Shown here: piece by piece, positions 9,559-18,052 of the stretch | Position numbering within the stretch: the first letter of the stretch is position 1 | Layout: the number at the start of each line of letters is the position of its first letter | Assembly (NCBI GenBank): GCA_965242695.1 | Contig: CBDESU010000002.1 | Coordinates: forward strand, 1,152,001 to 1,216,000 | Direction of reading: 5' to 3' | Origin: Cenarchaeum sp. | GTDB lineage: Archaea > Thermoproteota > Nitrososphaeria > Nitrososphaerales > Nitrosopumilaceae | DNA length: 64,000 nt | Made by a program: the position numbers and the translations under genes | The notes under the pieces: model-generated | What the model was told of the DNA's origin: nothing | What the model saw: only the letters and a program-made list of their open reading frames with translations | The model's database searches: none

Positions 9559-10020
9559 TCACACCTCCCCGAACATGACCGACAGCCCGAACAGCATCGC
9601 GGCCGCGGCAAGGACGATCGACAGGTATATGCCGATCTTGTGCCGGGCGTTCTGCGACATCGGCGCGTACGGGTAGTCGGGCCTTGTAGGCCGGCCGACC
9701 CAGATGCCGCCGTGCCCGAGTATGAGCCGTATGCCGTTGCCCGTGTGGAACACGCACATGCCGATGACGATTGCGAGCAGCACGTGGCCCTCGGTCGTCT
9801 GCGTGAGCGCGAGCATCTCGTCCCACGCGTCCTTGCCCTGTATGATGCTGCTCGTCTCGTAGATGTGGCCGACAAAGTACGCGAGCAGGCCGAGCCCGCT
9901 GAGCCTCATGAGCCAGTACGCGACGCGCTCTATGCCGTACCTGCGGGGGTTGGCCATGCCGCGTATGCCGCCGCGGTTGTCCGATACGCCTCCGGACGCC
10001 GCCTCCTCCCTGGCGGCCAT
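9559..10020 (-). CDS. sdhC: Succinate dehydrogenase cytochrome b subunit C
   Basis: RLSGLGL, FHTGNGIR, three TM helices, operon position. Confidence 0.85.
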   Translation of the reverse strand: MAAREEAASGGVSDNRGGIRGMANPRRYGIERVAYWLMRLSGLGLLAYFVGHIYETSSIIQGKDAWDEMLALTQTTEGHVLLAIVIGMCVFHTGNGIRLILGHGGIWVGRPTRPDYPYAPMSQNARHKIGIYLSIVLAAAAMLFGLSVMFGEV

Positions 10021-11732
10021 CAGTACTTCCTCTCCACCGGCTTGTACCGGGTTATCGTGACGGGGTGCGTCTTCATGATGGGCGCCTCCTGGCCGTAGTA
10101 GGCGAGCGTGTGGTGCAGGAACCCGTCGTCGTCGCGCTTGGGAAAGTCGGTCCTGGCGTGCGAGCCGCGCGACTCTTTGCGGTTGATCGCGCCGACCAGG
10201 ACGGTCTCGGCCACGCGCATCATCGAGTCGATCTCCATGACGTTGCAAAAGTTGGTGTTGTACTCCTTTGCCTGGTCGTCGACGTGCCTCCAGGTCTCGC
10301 CCCTGAGGCGCCTGAGCGTGCGCAGGCCGTCGGCAAGCCCGTCGCCGTCGCGGAACACGTACGCCTTCTCGTTCATGGTGTCTGTCAGCTCCTGCCTAAC
10401 CTCGTAGGGGTTGGCGCCGCCGCCGCCCCTGAAAATGCCGTCGTATATGCGCTTTTCCTCGTGCGCGACGAGGTGGTGCGGGAACGGCGCGTCGGGCACG
10501 CCGGCCTCGATGTACCTGACGGCCTCCTCGCCGGTGATCCTCCCCCACACGATGCACTCTGACGTAGAGTTGGCGCCGAGCCGGTTCGAGCCGTGCGTGC
10601 TGTTGCACGCGGCCTCGCCGGCGGCCCACACGCCGAGCAGCTCGGTCGCCCCGTCGATGTTGCTGTGCACGCCGCCCATCATGTAGTGGCACACGGGCCG
10701 TATGTCGAGCATCTCCTTGGCGGGGTCTATCCCCGAGAACTTTATCGATATCTCGCGGATGCCGCCGAGCTTTTCCTTTATCATGTCGTCGCCGACGTGC
10801 CGCAGGTCGAGCTTCATGCAGTCGACGCCGGTCTCGTGCTTGAAGCCGCGCCCCTCGTTGATCTCGGTCATTATCGAGCGCGAGACGATGTCGCGCGGCG
10901 CAAGCTCCATCTTTGTCGGCGCGTACTTTGACATGAAGCGCTCGCCGAGGCTGTTGAGCAGGTGGCCGCCCTCGCCCCTCGCCCCCTCGGTTATGAGTAT
11001 GCCCGACGGCATGATGCCCGTCGGGTGGAACTGGACAAACTCCATGTCCTTTAGGGCCAGGCCCGCCCTGTACGCCATGTCGAGGCCGTCGGGCGTCGAA
11101 GAGTGGGCGTACGTCGAAAAGCTGTACAGCCTCCCCGCGCCGCCGGTCGCGAGTATGAGCGCCTTTGCCCTGATGACGTGGAACGCCCCAGACGAGAGCT
11201 CGATGGCCGTGATGCCCATGAACCGCCGCCCGTCGTGCACGAGCGACGTGGCGAACCACTCGTTGAGGTACTCTATGTTGTCGTGCCTCTGGCACGTGTC
11301 GTAGAGCGTCTGCATCTCGTAGAACCCGACCTTGTCGGACGCGTACGTGGCGCGAGGAAAGCTGTACCCCCCGAACGCCCTCTGGTCTATCCTGCCGTCC
11401 TTGCGGCGCGACCACGGCATCCCCCACCTGTCGAGCTGGTATATCTCCCTGGGCATCTCGTTGCACAGGCGCTCGGCGACGTCCTGGTCGGCCAAAAAGT
11501 CGCTGCCCTTTACGGTGTCGTACACGTGCGACTCGACAGTGTCGCCCTCGTCCGTGGCGATGGCCGCCGCCGTGCCGCCCTCGGCCGAGACCGAGTGCGA
11601 CCGCATGACCTGCACCTTTGAGACTACGGCTATCTTGACGCGTCGGCTCCTTTGCGCGGCGGCGATGGCCGCCCGCAGGCCCGCGAGCCCGGAGCCGCAG
11701 ATGATCAGGTCGTAGTGTATGGTCTCGACCAT
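10020..11732 (-). CDS. sdhA: Succinate dehydrogenase flavoprotein subunit
   Basis: GSGLAG, RSHSVSAEGG (covalent FAD His), QFHPTG, HGSNRLGANS. Confidence 0.97.
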   Translation of the reverse strand: MVETIHYDLIICGSGLAGLRAAIAAAQRSRRVKIAVVSKVQVMRSHSVSAEGGTAAAIATDEGDTVESHVYDTVKGSDFLADQDVAERLCNEMPREIYQLDRWGMPWSRRKDGRIDQRAFGGYSFPRATYASDKVGFYEMQTLYDTCQRHDNIEYLNEWFATSLVHDGRRFMGITAIELSSGAFHVIRAKALILATGGAGRLYSFSTYAHSSTPDGLDMAYRAGLALKDMEFVQFHPTGIMPSGILITEGARGEGGHLLNSLGERFMSKYAPTKMELAPRDIVSRSIMTEINEGRGFKHETGVDCMKLDLRHVGDDMIKEKLGGIREISIKFSGIDPAKEMLDIRPVCHYMMGGVHSNIDGATELLGVWAAGEAACNSTHGSNRLGANSTSECIVWGRITGEEAVRYIEAGVPDAPFPHHLVAHEEKRIYDGIFRGGGGANPYEVRQELTDTMNEKAYVFRDGDGLADGLRTLRRLRGETWRHVDDQAKEYNTNFCNVMEIDSMMRVAETVLVGAINRKESRGSHARTDFPKRDDDGFLHHTLAYYGQEAPIMKTHPVTITRYKPVERKY

Positions 11733-11956
11733 TCCTGTCGCGGCGCCGGCCGGCCGTTAAATATAGTGTGGCAGGCAGGGGCCGGGCCGGCCCGACGCGG
11801 GGGCTGCGCGGGGTAGGGGGGGGGGGCGCGGCTGGGCGCGATCGGGCGGTGGGGCGGCCGGCCGCCGGCAGGCGCCGCATGGCGATGCGGCCTAGGCGCC
11901 CACTGGCCGCGCGCGGCCCTGGAAAGCCATATAACTATCGCTAGCGACACGCCGTC

Positions 11957-12547
11957 GTGGAAGACGGGGGCGGCAACGGGGCCTCGCCGGGGATTGGATG
12001 CTCGGTGCCGAGGGGGTTCTCTAGGTACTTTGTGCTGAGCCTGCTCTCGTCCGAGGGGCCGTTGACGGGCAAGCAGATCATCGACCGCGCCGCCGAGAGC
12101 AGCGGCGGCATCTGGCGCCCCTCGCCGGGCCTCGTGTACCCGCTGCTCGGCCGCCTCCTTGACGACGGGCTCGTCTCGAGGGACGGAGGGGCGGACGGCG
12201 GGCAGGGGGGCCGCTACTCGGTCACCGACAGCGGCCGGGCTACGGCAGACGATGCGCGCAAGATCGCCGACGCCGTGCGCAGGCAGGTCGAGGTGATCCT
12301 GCGGCTTGCCGGGGCGGGCAGGTTTCTTGCGGCCGATGCGTTCGACCGCATCGCGTACGCCCTCTCCCCCGTGTGCACCGACCTGTCGCGGATGACCGAC
12401 GAGGAGGCGCGCAGCTATAGGGCGTTTTTGGAGTCGGAGATGTCGCGGGTCGACGCCGAGATGGCCGCCAGGCGCGGGTCGGAGGTTCCGGTCGGGCCTC
12501 CGGGCGGCGTGGCGGACGGCGGCAGTGGCCGCCGGGATGCGGCCTGA
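11957..12547 (+). CDS. PadR-family transcriptional regulator
   Basis: LSLL..GPLTG..I, WRPSPGLVYPLL and YSVTDSG motifs. Confidence 0.85.
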   Translation: MEDGGGNGASPGIGCSVPRGFSRYFVLSLLSSEGPLTGKQIIDRAAESSGGIWRPSPGLVYPLLGRLLDDGLVSRDGGADGGQGGRYSVTDSGRATADDARKIADAVRRQVEVILRLAGAGRFLAADAFDRIAYALSPVCTDLSRMTDEEARSYRAFLESEMSRVDAEMAARRGSEVPVGPPGGVADGGSGRRDAA

Positions 12548-12592
12548 CGGCGCGTTCTGCCGCCGCCGCAGGGCGACGGGCAACGGGTTTTA

Positions 12593-12892
12593 TTGCGCAT
12601 CGCCCGCAAGCCCGCCGTGATCACCGGCAAGGATGCGGCGTCCGTGGCCGAGGCGCTGGCCGGTAACCTGCTCGGCGTGTCCAAGGATGCCGCCAACTTT
12701 AGGGGCCTCCCTGACTCGTTCTGGGGATACTTTGCGCGCGGCCACGACAGGAACGGCAAGTTCGGTGTCTTCGTGGCCTACTCGGAGGACGGGGCCGACA
12801 TCGACTCGCTCATAGACCAGTACGAAAAATGGGCCGCATCGAGGGGCGGATCGGCCGCAGGGGCGGCGGCTGGCCCGGACGGCCAGGCCTGA
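12593..12892 (+). CDS. Hypothetical protein
   Basis: Protein-like composition, host-type codon usage, TATA-like tttta just upstream. Confidence 0.65.
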   Translation: MRIARKPAVITGKDAASVAEALAGNLLGVSKDAANFRGLPDSFWGYFARGHDRNGKFGVFVAYSEDGADIDSLIDQYEKWAASRGGSAAGAAAGPDGQA

Positions 12893-13287
12893 TGGCATCC
12901 TGTGGATAGACTGCCGAATGCCGCGCCTTGCTGTCTTGGGCGTGGGCACCTGCGCCCTGGGGATTTTCAGATCTTGGCGGCAGATTGCGCCGCTGGCGCG
13001 GCGGCCCGCTTGCACATGTCGCATGTTGAACGTCGACGCTTGGACGGCTAGGCCACCGCAGGCGCTGGCGGCTTTGCTCGCCGCACCGTGCGGCCAAGTG
13101 CAAGATCCCCGCCTCAGGCGCCGCGGCCGTACGCCGCCTTGCGGCCTCGCATTTCCGGCAGATCGATCTGGCGCACTGGATCAGTAAAGTCAAGTGTGGC
13201 GCATCTAGGGCAGGTGGGCAGACATTCTGGGCGCCAAGAGACCTGTTTGAGCGCCCGTTCGTAGCATCCTAGGCAGACACCTACACT

Positions 13288-13515
13288 TTAGTGTGGATAA
13301 TTGACTCGATACACAGCAACGACGGATTTTGTGATGTGTGCTCCAAGGCAGTCGTCGTACCTGCCTTTTTTTGGAATGCCGATGGCCGCCGGATTGACCG
13401 AGCTCTCTAAACTTTTGATGAGCCGGCGGCAGTTCTTGAAGGCCGCCTTGTCTGATCTATGCTGTAGAAGGGTGTCCCTGGATTGCTTGCTAGGCCGGAC
13501 GATCTACCGCATCAT
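13288..13515 (-). pseudogene. Decayed RelE/YafQ-like toxin paralog
   Basis: Manual translation MMR*IVRPSKQ...NPAAIGIPKKGRYDDCLGAHITKSVVAVYRVNYPH*; in-frame TAG at 13504-13506 (Trp in the intact copy) and truncated C-terminus. Confidence 0.85.
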
Positions 13516-13711
13516 CGCCAAACTCTTGATCCAGATGCTGGAGATATTCTTTGATGGTGTAGGTCTTTCCTATGGGGCGGCCAGCTTCGCAGTCTGCGAT
13601 CATCTGTTCAATCTCTTTGCTGTATGGGAGATCGTTGTCCAGATCAGGCGACAGGCGCTCTTCCATGCTCAGAATGTGGACGGGATCTTCGGATGCATCG
13701 CTACCGGTCAA
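13490..13711 (-). CDS. Stand-alone antitoxin-like peptide, duplicate of the C-terminus of 14083-15138
   Basis: PVHILS.EER.S.DLDNDLPYS.EIEQMIADCEAGRPIGKTYT shared with the upstream fusion; overlaps the toxin pseudogene start. Confidence 0.65.
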   Translation of the reverse strand: MTGSDASEDPVHILSMEERLSPDLDNDLPYSKEIEQMIADCEAGRPIGKTYTIKEYLQHLDQEFGDDAVDRPA

Positions 13712-13826
13712 CGGGCCGCCGCACTCTTGCTGGTATTTGTACCTTCACGGGGTTGGTGTCTGTGCACGTTGGCGGTCCCGTGCGCGAGCTGTTCATCAGC
13801 ATGCCTGTGGCCGGTGCTGAACCACC

Positions 13827-14117
13827 TCAGCCGTCGCTTCCATACACCATCTTGTGATCGCCCATCTTCAGCAAATCGATCCTGTGTGCCGCATGGTCTA
13901 TGCGATAAACAACGACGACAGACTTTGTAATATGCGCGCCAATACAGCCGCTATACCTGCCCTTTTTCGGAATGCCCATGTTTGCAGGGTTGTCTAAATG
14001 TGGCAGTTCATCGACAAGGCGATGATAGTTGTTGGAGACCGCTTTGTCGGCCTTGTAGTATTGAAGGCTTTTGACGATCGACCTACTTTCCTGTATGGTC
14101 CACGGTACCAATGCCAA
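13827..14117 (-). CDS. RelE/YafQ-superfamily mRNA interferase toxin
   Basis: 96 aa basic protein with KGRYSGCIGAHI, VVVYRID and C-terminal LLKMGDHKMVY; overlaps the upstream gene end. Confidence 0.8.
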   Translation of the reverse strand: MALVPWTIQESRSIVKSLQYYKADKAVSNNYHRLVDELPHLDNPANMGIPKKGRYSGCIGAHITKSVVVVYRIDHAAHRIDLLKMGDHKMVYGSDG

Positions 14118-15138
14118 GCTCCTCGAGATGCCGCATATATTCTTCAGCCGTGTAGGTTTTTCCGATGGGGCGACCGGCTTCGCAGTCTGCGATCATCTGC
14201 TCGATCTCTTCGCTGTATGGAAGATCGTTGTCGAGATCTGCAGACCTGCGCTCCTCCCTGCTCAGAATATGGACAGGCTCCTCGGCTACGGCCGCGGTGG
14301 CAGATGGATGCCCGTCCTTGCTTGTGTTTGAACCTTGGATGCCGACACCGCCGAATACCCAGCGGATGCCGACACCGTCCGTGGATATCTTTGCCGAGCG
14401 CTCTAGGTACTCCAGTATGCGGTCAAGCTTTACCGGGTCTATGTCCGCGGGCAGAGCCGCCATCAGCTCGGGCCTGCCGGCAATGCTGCCGCGATCGGAG
14501 ATTTGGCGTTCCACCTCCATGATCATGTCTAGATCAGGCGCAGAATGCTCGCGGGGGCTTGGCGCTCCGCTGCGCAGGCTGCCAAGCACACCCTGCTGCC
14601 CTGCGGCGGCGCCAGCGGCGCCGATCCTCTCCAGCTCGAAGGCCAGCGCTCCGGGGCGCGTGGGCGTGTCCTTGTAGCGGCGTGCAACGCATTCGACAAG
14701 GCCGCTGAACACTAGGCTTCCGCCATCCTTGACGAAGTACAGGACGCGGCTGCCGCTTTCCCGCGACCTTGCAAGCTTTAGGTTGCCTAGGATCATCTGA
14801 TCGGACCGCCCCTTGTAGTACCTGCCGTAGTATATGATGCGCCCGCCCTCCTCGGCATCGTCGTAGTCGCTGTGCACATTGCGGACCAGTATGATGTCGG
14901 ACGAAGTCGAGCTAGTGCGTATGCCGCCTCCCTTGGGGACGCCGAACCTCTCGCGCATCTGATCCTCGGTGAACATGTCACCCTGCTGAGGCAGGGGCGG
15001 CAGGGACTCTTCCGCGCGGCCTGGGCGCGGCCGGGCTGCGCCCGGGGGATCTCGATGCCGAGCAGTTCTTGCCTGTATCCCCGTGTGGCCACCATGCTTG
15101 GTAACCTGCCTCGCTATCGCTTCCACGTACCGCCGCAC
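14083..15138 (-). CDS. SRA-like domain + winged-helix-like segment + antitoxin-like tail fusion (start uncertain)
   Basis: F..GGGIRTS...IILV...YDD..EG..IIYYG...DQ...GN..L...VLYF...FSG.V matches the McrA-type SRA pattern; LPADID..KL.RILEYLERSAKI...IRW is wHTH-like; acidic tail. Confidence 0.72.
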   Translation of the reverse strand: MRRYVEAIARQVTKHGGHTGIQARTARHRDPPGAARPRPGRAEESLPPLPQQGDMFTEDQMRERFGVPKGGGIRTSSTSSDIILVRNVHSDYDDAEEGGRIIYYGRYYKGRSDQMILGNLKLARSRESGSRVLYFVKDGGSLVFSGLVECVARRYKDTPTRPGALAFELERIGAAGAAAGQQGVLGSLRSGAPSPREHSAPDLDMIMEVERQISDRGSIAGRPELMAALPADIDPVKLDRILEYLERSAKISTDGVGIRWVFGGVGIQGSNTSKDGHPSATAAVAEEPVHILSREERRSADLDNDLPYSEEIEQMIADCEAGRPIGKTYTAEEYMRHLEELGIGTVDHTGK

Positions 15139-15300
15139 TGCGCCCCGTATATGAACTTTGTATGCGGGATGGGCGCAGGCCTCGCCACTCGTGCATGCGG
15201 CGCGGCTGGGCCACGGCGCGCCTTGCGGCGCGAGTCTGGCACCGGGGCGGATGCCCTGTGCCCTGAAACACAGATTAACCGCAGGGCGCGCGGCGCGCCG

Positions 15301-16176
15301 ATGGCGCCCGCCTCCCTCCGGACCCTGCTGGCAGCGGACAGGCCGCTTGTCGTGCCCGGCGTGTACGACGCGCTCGGGGCCAAGATTGCGGCGTCTGCCG
15401 GATTTGAGGCCATGTTCCAGACGGGGTACGGCACGTCCGCATCTCTGTTCGGCATGCCTGACATGGGGTTTGTCGGCGCCGCCGAGACGCTCGACAACGC
15501 GCGCCGCATATGCTCGGCCGTCGCCGGCGTGCCCGTCCTCGTAGACTCGGACACCGGATACGGCAACGCGGTGAGCGTGTGGCGGCTCGTGCAGGGCCTA
15601 GAGGCGGCCGGCGCCACCGGCATGTTCCTCGAGGACCAGAAGTGGCCGAAGCGGTGCGGGCACATGCGCGGCAAGGAGGTCGTAGAGTACGAAGAGTACG
15701 CCGAAAAGCTCAGGGCCGCGGCGGACGCGCGCAGCAGCCGCGACGCGTTCGTCATCGTGGCGCGCACGGATGCGAGGGCGACCGGCGGGCTCGGCGAGGC
15801 CATCGAGAGGGGGCGGCGCAACGTCGAGAACGGCGCCGACGTCGTCTTCGTCGAGGCGCCGGCCTCGGTCGACGAGATGCGCGAGATAGGGCGCTCGATA
15901 GACGCGCCGCTCGTCGCCAACATGATCGAGGGCGGGCGCACGCCGATCGTGCCGGCCGACGAGCTGCACCGCATGGGGTTCAAGCTCGTGCTGTACCCGC
16001 TGTCGATCCTGTACGCCGCCACGGCGGCGGCCTCGCGCGCGATGGAGGAGCTGCACCGCACGGGGTCGACGCGCGAGGCGGCCGCCGGGATGATCGACTT
16101 TGACGGGTTCAACGACCTCGTCGGGCTGCCTGCGCTGTACGACCGCGAAGCCAGGTACGGCCGGCGAACGCCCTAG
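15301..16176 (+). CDS. Isocitrate lyase/PEP mutase family (2-methylisocitrate lyase-like)
   Basis: DSDTGYG, EDQKWPKRCGH and ARTDAR motifs. Confidence 0.9.
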   Translation: MAPASLRTLLAADRPLVVPGVYDALGAKIAASAGFEAMFQTGYGTSASLFGMPDMGFVGAAETLDNARRICSAVAGVPVLVDSDTGYGNAVSVWRLVQGLEAAGATGMFLEDQKWPKRCGHMRGKEVVEYEEYAEKLRAAADARSSRDAFVIVARTDARATGGLGEAIERGRRNVENGADVVFVEAPASVDEMREIGRSIDAPLVANMIEGGRTPIVPADELHRMGFKLVLYPLSILYAATAAASRAMEELHRTGSTREAAAGMIDFDGFNDLVGLPALYDREARYGRRTP

Positions 16177-16235
16177 CTGGCGGGGCACGGCCCGCCCACT
16201 CCCGCCGCCAATAAAATAGAAGCACCGCTGGCATC

Positions 16236-16529
16236 CTATGCCGCGGTCTCGTTGCGTTTGACCTCGATCTCGATCGTCGAAACGTTCCGCGTCTTGCCGT
16301 CGTTGGACTCGAGCGTCTCGGACCCTATGCGGACGTCGCCGATAGAGAACCCGACATTCTCGGTCTTGCGCAGGATGATCTGCGCGACGTCGACGGCCCG
16401 GCCTATGCTCAGGCCCCTGGCCTTGATGTTGACGACAGGCAAGTTGGTGAGCTGGATGCACGCCGAAGTGACGTACGCCATCAGCGGCTTCTTGCCTATG
16501 TAGATGGTGTCCCTGGCTTCAGTTGACAT
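16236..16529 (-). CDS. albA: Archaeal chromatin protein Alba
   Basis: IYIGKKPLMAYV, KARGLSIGRAVDVA, RNVSTIEI. Confidence 0.95.
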   Translation of the reverse strand: MSTEARDTIYIGKKPLMAYVTSACIQLTNLPVVNIKARGLSIGRAVDVAQIILRKTENVGFSIGDVRIGSETLESNDGKTRNVSTIEIEVKRNETAA

Positions 16530-16583
16530 TGCCGCGCGGGCGGCATTGTGATAATTTAAACCTGCGGCGGGCGCCGCCGGCGC

Positions 16584-17174
16584 ATGGGCGGCGGCGGGAG
16601 CGGGGCGGGGCCGGCGGCCGCAGACGCCCCCGACGCGGATGCAAGGAGGCGCGATATCCACGCGGTCGGGTCCATCCCGCACGGCGCCGACGGGCGGCTT
16701 GTGGACACGGTGGCATCGGCCCTCGGCGACGAGGATATCGAGGTGAGGGGCGAGGCGTTCTACCTCCTCGTCGCAAGCGGGGCCGACATCGGAGAGCGCA
16801 TCGCCCCGCTTCTTGCCTCGCCGAGCAAGGTGGCCAGGGCGCACGGCGCACTCGTGCTGGCCAACAGGGGCGACGTGTCGCGCGCCGGCGAGGTGGCGCG
16901 CCTGGCGCGCGACGGGAGCGCCACCGTCCGCTCGGCGGCCATGGGCGCGCTCGGCCACATGGCGGTGCGCGCAGCGCCGAGGCCCCTGCCTGACGCTGCC
17001 GCCGCAGCCGAGGCCGTCCGGTCGTGCCTCGGGGACGGCAGCATCGAGGTCCGGCGCAGCGCCCTGCAGGCCGCCGTCCACCTCGGCATGGATCTGGCCG
17101 CCGCCGAGAGGGACGGCCTGGCCGCCGCGGCCGATGAGGAGATCGACCGCCTGCTTGCCCTGTGCTGCGGCTGA
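16584..17174 (+). CDS. HEAT-repeat protein
   Basis: Repeated L.D....VR..A units (DEDIEVRGEA, DGSATVRSAA, DGSIEVRRSA). Confidence 0.8.
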   Translation: MGGGGSGAGPAAADAPDADARRRDIHAVGSIPHGADGRLVDTVASALGDEDIEVRGEAFYLLVASGADIGERIAPLLASPSKVARAHGALVLANRGDVSRAGEVARLARDGSATVRSAAMGALGHMAVRAAPRPLPDAAAAAEAVRSCLGDGSIEVRRSALQAAVHLGMDLAAAERDGLAAAADEEIDRLLALCCG

Positions 17175-17219
17175 TGCGATGGCGGCCTGGCTGTCGCCGC
17201 ATCGATGATGGTAAGATGG

Positions 17220-17296
17220 TGGTGGACCGGGAGGGAATTGAACCCTCGATCTCACCCATGCCAAGGGCGTATCCTACCGGACTAGACGACCGGCCC
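17220..17296 (-). tRNA. tRNA-Ala(GGC), CCA encoded
   Basis: GGGCCGG/CCGGTCC acceptor stem with G3:U70, anticodon loop TTGGCAT, GGTTCAATTCC. Confidence 0.95.
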
Positions 17297-17425
17297 ACTC
17301 GGCGCGTTGCGCCGCCCCAATTCCCACGCGCGGCTATTTACGTCTAGCGTGGACGGCCGCCTCGCACGGCGTGCCGGCCGCCGTGGTAACGCCACCGGCG
17401 CGATCCCTGCAGGCCACCGGGATCG

Positions 17426-18052
17426 CTAGAGGCGCTGCTGCCCCGATGCGGAGCCGCGCCTCTTCTTTCCAGGGCCGCCGCCCTCTTGCCCGCCGCTGCC
17501 TGCGATGTCGACCTCCATGAGCTGCCCCTGCACCAGCCTGTCCTGCCGACCCGCCGGCCTGCTGCGGGCCCCGCCGGCATTATTCCCGTCCTGCCCCAAC
17601 CCTGGCGCGGCTTCCTTCCTGCCGCCGGCCGCCCCGGCGCCCCGCGGCTTTGCATCCGGTTCGTCGCCCCACTGCCCACCCGGCGTCCGCCCTGCCTCCT
17701 CGGGCTCGAGACCGGGAAACTTCCTGGAGGCGGCGGCCCTGTACAGCGCGTACGTGTCCTTGTCGTCCATGCAGTCGTAGCACATGCACAGCTGCGAGAC
17801 GGCCGCCGTGTCGCACGCGTCGCTGAACTCGCAGGCGGGGCACCCGGCCGGCTTGCCGCACACAAGGCACCGCAGCTCGGCGCCCTGCTGACCGCCGCCG
17901 GCCCTGACATCGCCGCTCTCGGCGGCGGCCCCGCACCGCTCGTGCTTTACCCCCGTCCCCTTCATCCACAGGCCGGCCTCGCCGGCGTTGACCGTCTCGC
18001 CGCACTCGATGCACTTGCCCGGAAACCTCATCTTCATCGGTATCCAGTTCAA
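17426..18052 (-). CDS. Cys-rich putative zinc-binding protein with low-complexity tail
   Basis: CIEC...KHERC, CLVC..GCPACE..C...CMCYDC; TTG start overlaps the rfcL stop. Confidence 0.75.
   Translation of the reverse strand: MNWIPMKMRFPGKCIECGETVNAGEAGLWMKGTGVKHERCGAAAESGDVRAGGGQQGAELRCLVCGKPAGCPACEFSDACDTAAVSQLCMCYDCMDDKDTYALYRAAASRKFPGLEPEEAGRTPGGQWGDEPDAKPRGAGAAGGRKEAAPGLGQDGNNAGGARSRPAGRQDRLVQGQLMEVDIAGSGGQEGGGPGKKRRGSASGQQRL

Noticed and set aside
9204-9875. 483-aa SdhB fusion
   Set aside because: The extension is an alternate frame over sdhD/sdhC.
13504-13506. TAG read-through or recoding in toxin copy 2
   Set aside because: The copy is also C-terminally truncated, and TAG is the normal stop for many genes here, so pseudogenisation is simpler.
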